NCBI GenBank assembly: GCA_035514715.1
Contig: DATJCP010000212.1
Span: 1 to 33,679, forward strand
DNA: 33,679 nt
Source: Candidimonas sp.
Lineage (GTDB): Bacteria > Pseudomonadota > Gammaproteobacteria > Burkholderiales > Burkholderiaceae_B
Direction: 5' to 3'
Each line of letters starts with the position of its first letter. The stretch's first letter is position 1. The translations under genes were made by a program, and so were the position numbers. This document shows, one piece after another, positions 30,830 through 33,679 of the stretch. The notes below the pieces were generated by a model. It saw only the letters and a program-made list of their open reading frames with translations, made no database searches and had not been told where the DNA came from.

Positions 30830-31354
30830 ATGAAACACTTGCTCAAACCCGCCCTGGCGATTGCCCTGACTGGCCTGCTGGGAACGCGCGCACTCGCCGC
30901 CGACATGACCCTGAAGGTCGACATTCCACGCCTGGATACGGCCGAATATCACCGCCCTTACATTGCCATCTGGCTTGAAGACGCGGGTAGGAAAAACATC
31001 CGCGATGTGGCGGTCTGGTATGAGCAGGAAAAGCCCCAGGAAGAAGGCAAGAAATGGCTTAAAGACCTGCGCCAATGGTGGCGCCTGAGCGGGCGCAACC
31101 AGGAAAAGCCCGCTGATGGCGTCAGCGGCGCCACACGTGCCGTAGGCGTACAAACCATCAACGTATCGGGCCAGAGCAAAGCGCTGGCTGGTCTTGAGCC
31201 TGGCAACTATCAATTGGTCGTCGAGGCCTCCCGCGAAAAGGGTGGACACGAACTGCTGCGCTTGCCGCTGAGCTGGCCGCCCGCCCAAACCGTAACCGCA
31301 AACGCCCAGGGACAACATGAACTGGGCTCCATCGAACTCACTCTTAATCCTTGA
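30830..31354 (+). CDS. DUF2271-family periplasmic protein with a flavinylation motif
   Basis: Sec-type signal peptide, EYHRPYIAIWLE, KWLKDLRQWWR, DGVSGAT ([S/T]GA[S/T] ApbE target motif) and VEASREKGG. Start moved to ATG 30830. Confidence 0.88.
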   Translation: MKHLLKPALAIALTGLLGTRALAADMTLKVDIPRLDTAEYHRPYIAIWLEDAGRKNIRDVAVWYEQEKPQEEGKKWLKDLRQWWRLSGRNQEKPADGVSGATRAVGVQTINVSGQSKALAGLEPGNYQLVVEASREKGGHELLRLPLSWPPAQTVTANAQGQHELGSIELTLNP

Positions 31355-31359
31355 ATATC

Positions 31360-32160
31360 ATGAAACGACTTGCTTCCCCCCTGATTGCCCTGGCCCTACT
31401 AATCCCAGGCATTACTCACGCCCACGACACATGGATAGTGCCATCGGCCACCGTACTGTCTGGCACAGAAGGCTGGGTCACGTTTGACGCTGCCGTCGGC
31501 AATGACAAATTCTTTTTCAACCATCGCCCCTTGTCGCTCAAAAGCCTGGAAATCACCAGTCCAAGCGGCAAGGCAGTCGCCAGCGAAAACGCCTTCACCG
31601 GCCAAATGCGTAGCGGCTTTGACGTGCATCTGACCGAAACAGGCACATACCGCATTGCACTCGTCTCGAATGGCGTGTCGGCCCGCTGGAAAGAAAACGG
31701 CAAAATGAAGCGCTGGTTCGGCCCAGCCAGCGACTATGCCAAGCATGTACCCGCCAACGCGGAAGGGCTGGACGTACAGCAACGCGCCAACCGGATCGAG
31801 ACCTTCGTAACCCAAGGCAAGCCCACCGCTGTACCTGAAGTCAAGGAAGGCATCGCCATTGCAGCAGTCAACCACTTCAACGACCTGTTTGCAGGCGAAG
31901 CAGCCAAGTTCATCGCTACCGTTGACGGCCAGCCAGCCAAACAAATCGAAATCGAAGTCATCCAAGAGGGCAACCGGTACCGCAACGCACCCAACGCCAT
32001 GTCCATCAAAACCAACGACGCCGGGGAATTCGAAGTGACATGGCCGCATGCTGGCCGATACTGGATGCACACTGAAGTCAGCGACCAGAAGACCACCGTG
32101 CCGCAGGCCAAGGCCCGTGGATTGTCGTACTCGGCAACGCTGGAAGTGCTGCCTCAGTAA
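31360..32160 (+). CDS. DUF4198-family periplasmic protein
   Basis: Signal peptide followed by HDTWIVPS, with NDLFAGE and TNDAGEF. Occupies the typical operon position. Confidence 0.82.
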   Translation: MKRLASPLIALALLIPGITHAHDTWIVPSATVLSGTEGWVTFDAAVGNDKFFFNHRPLSLKSLEITSPSGKAVASENAFTGQMRSGFDVHLTETGTYRIALVSNGVSARWKENGKMKRWFGPASDYAKHVPANAEGLDVQQRANRIETFVTQGKPTAVPEVKEGIAIAAVNHFNDLFAGEAAKFIATVDGQPAKQIEIEVIQEGNRYRNAPNAMSIKTNDAGEFEVTWPHAGRYWMHTEVSDQKTTVPQAKARGLSYSATLEVLPQ

Positions 32161-32190
32161 TCTGCTTAAGACAAAACTGCCAATCATGCA

Positions 32191-32213
32191 CCGGGCGACC
32201 TAAGGATGCCCGG
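32191..32213. other. Intercistronic hairpin between the DUF4198 gene and apbE
   Basis: CCGGGC-gacctaaggat-GCCCGG with no U-tract. Confidence 0.35.
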
Positions 32214-32225
32214 CAACAAGCTTCA

Positions 32226-33176
32226 ATGACTTCACACATGCCATCCTCTCAAGAGCTTCAAGGGCGCAGCATGGGTACGTCCTGGTCTGCGAGTTTCCTG
32301 GCGCCGGCACGCGGACTAGATATCCATACGGTGCACGCCACAATAGAAAACGCACTGGAAGACATTACACGGCAAATGAGCACATGGGCAACGGACAGCA
32401 CCATCAGTTGCCTTAACCAGGCACAGACGGGTTGGTACCAGCTTCCGGAAGCGTTCTTTTATGTACTGCGCAATGGGCTGGATGTTTCGCAACAAACCAG
32501 CGGCGCCTACGACCCCACCCTGGGGCAACTGGTGGACCTGTGGGGTTTCGGCCCCGGCGGCCAAGTTTCCGCTCCACCCAGCGACCACGACATCCATGCC
32601 GCGCTAGCAAACACTGGCTGGCAGAACACGGCGTTGAATCATGAGCATCGCGGCGTCTGGCAACCAGGCGGTCTGAAATTCGATCTTTCATCCATCGCCA
32701 AGGGTTACGGCGTAGACCAGATCGCCGCAGCGCTGGATAAGCATGCCGTCGAACACTACCTGGTCGAGTTGGGCGGAGAACTGAAAACACGTGGCTTAAA
32801 CTCCCAGCAAGCCCCCTGGGCGCTGGCCATTGAGATCCCTGACAGCCCAGACCTCTTTCCCATTTCGCTTAGCGGCTACGCCATCGCCACATCGGGCGAC
32901 TATCGCCGCTACTTCCTGCATGACGGACATCGCTACAGCCATACCCTGGATCCCCAAACCGGTCGACCGATACAGCATCCATTGGCGTCGGTCACTGTCC
33001 TGCACGACAAGTGCATGATGGCCGATGCACTGGCTACCGCGCTTTTCTGTATGGGCCCCGAACGGGGGCTAGAACATGCACAAAAACATCGCATTCCTGC
33101 CTTGTTCATGCTTAGGTGCCCTGACAAGATTGCTTTCGAATGGACTGCAGAATTCCTGTCGCTAGCCAAAAGCTGA
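32226..33176 (+). CDS. apbE: FAD:protein FMN transferase
   Basis: SMGTSW, GAYDPTLG, DLSSIAKGYGVD, ELGGE, ATSGDY, SHTLDPQTG and ADALATA. Confidence 0.93.
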   Translation: MTSHMPSSQELQGRSMGTSWSASFLAPARGLDIHTVHATIENALEDITRQMSTWATDSTISCLNQAQTGWYQLPEAFFYVLRNGLDVSQQTSGAYDPTLGQLVDLWGFGPGGQVSAPPSDHDIHAALANTGWQNTALNHEHRGVWQPGGLKFDLSSIAKGYGVDQIAAALDKHAVEHYLVELGGELKTRGLNSQQAPWALAIEIPDSPDLFPISLSGYAIATSGDYRRYFLHDGHRYSHTLDPQTGRPIQHPLASVTVLHDKCMMADALATALFCMGPERGLEHAQKHRIPALFMLRCPDKIAFEWTAEFLSLAKS

Positions 33177-33191
33177 TGCAACCCTGAACTC

Positions 33192-33679
33192 ATGACCCCT
33201 CAAGCTATTGCAGCAACCGGACTCGCCTGCGCATGGCTGGCGCTAGTCTGGTACACCATCCACAAAACGCGCCGCGCCAGACGGGCGCCAGCCAGCGGCA
33301 AGGCAGACATTGCCGTTATCTATGCCAGCCAGACCGGCACAGCCAAAGACCTGGCGCAACGCACCGCCGACGCGCTCGGCGCAGGACGCACCGCGCTATT
33401 GGCAATGGACCAAACCAGCCCCCGTCAGCTGACCGGCTTCTCGACAGTGCTGTTTATTGTCAGCACATACGGCGAAGGCGACCCACCCGACATGGCACAG
33501 GCCTTCTACCGCCAAATGCTGGGGTCCGCTGCCGAAGCAGCCAATCTGCGCCACCTGGAGGTCGCCGTACTGGCGCTAGGCGACAGCAGCTATCGTCATT
33601 ACTGCGGCTTCGGGCAGTCGCTCAGTCTGTGGCTTGAGCGACAAGGCGCCCGACTCTTGTTTGACACAGTCCTCGCCGA
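33192..33679 (+). CDS. Membrane-anchored flavodoxin-domain oxidoreductase (CysJ-like flavoprotein), truncated by the window end
   Basis: Hand translation from ATG 33192 (absent from the ORF track): MTPQAIAATGLACAWLALVW...IYASQTGTA...IVSTYGEGDPPD...VLALGDSSYRHYCGFG. The frame is open to the edge. Confidence 0.88.
   Translation, partial: MTPQAIAATGLACAWLALVWYTIHKTRRARRAPASGKADIAVIYASQTGTAKDLAQRTADALGAGRTALLAMDQTSPRQLTGFSTVLFIVSTYGEGDPPDMAQAFYRQMLGSAAEAANLRHLEVAVLALGDSSYRHYCGFGQSLSLWLERQGARLLFDTVLA

Noticed and set aside
33233-33637. 134-aa + strand ORF
   Set aside because: It is in the wrong frame. The flavodoxin motifs are in the frame starting at 33192.

Overview
This is a GC-rich betaproteobacterial chromosomal window, probably Alcaligenaceae (inferred from gene content). 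The left two-thirds is mostly housekeeping. It holds a truncated tRNA-Pro(CGG), ispB, a DUF815 AAA ATPase, a Nudix/ThiE-like fusion, a lower-GC IclR/M20 peptidase/Bug islet, an mdtABC-type RND pump with its outer-membrane factor, pilD-coaE-zapD, an NlpE-like lipoprotein, a stand-alone LuxR HTH, DUF3460-scpA-panC, a DHA2 MFS transporter and an aconitase that looks actinobacterial in type. The right third is accessory: an FmdE-like gene, a 747-bp intergenic region, a YceI protein, a Fur-boxed DUF2061 gene, a MASE3-degenerate GGDEF-EAL protein and a Fur-boxed PepSY-TM/DUF2271/DUF4198/ApbE/flavodoxin-reductase flavinylation operon. The most striking unexplained signal is a ~240-bp nested palindrome (26143-26381). 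It sits at a sharp switch in strand composition, G/T-rich on the left and A/C-rich on the right, and the switch extends into the third codon positions of both same-strand flanking genes. No CRISPR array, transposase or integrase is visible. All counts were made by hand and all family assignments come from motif recognition, not database searches.
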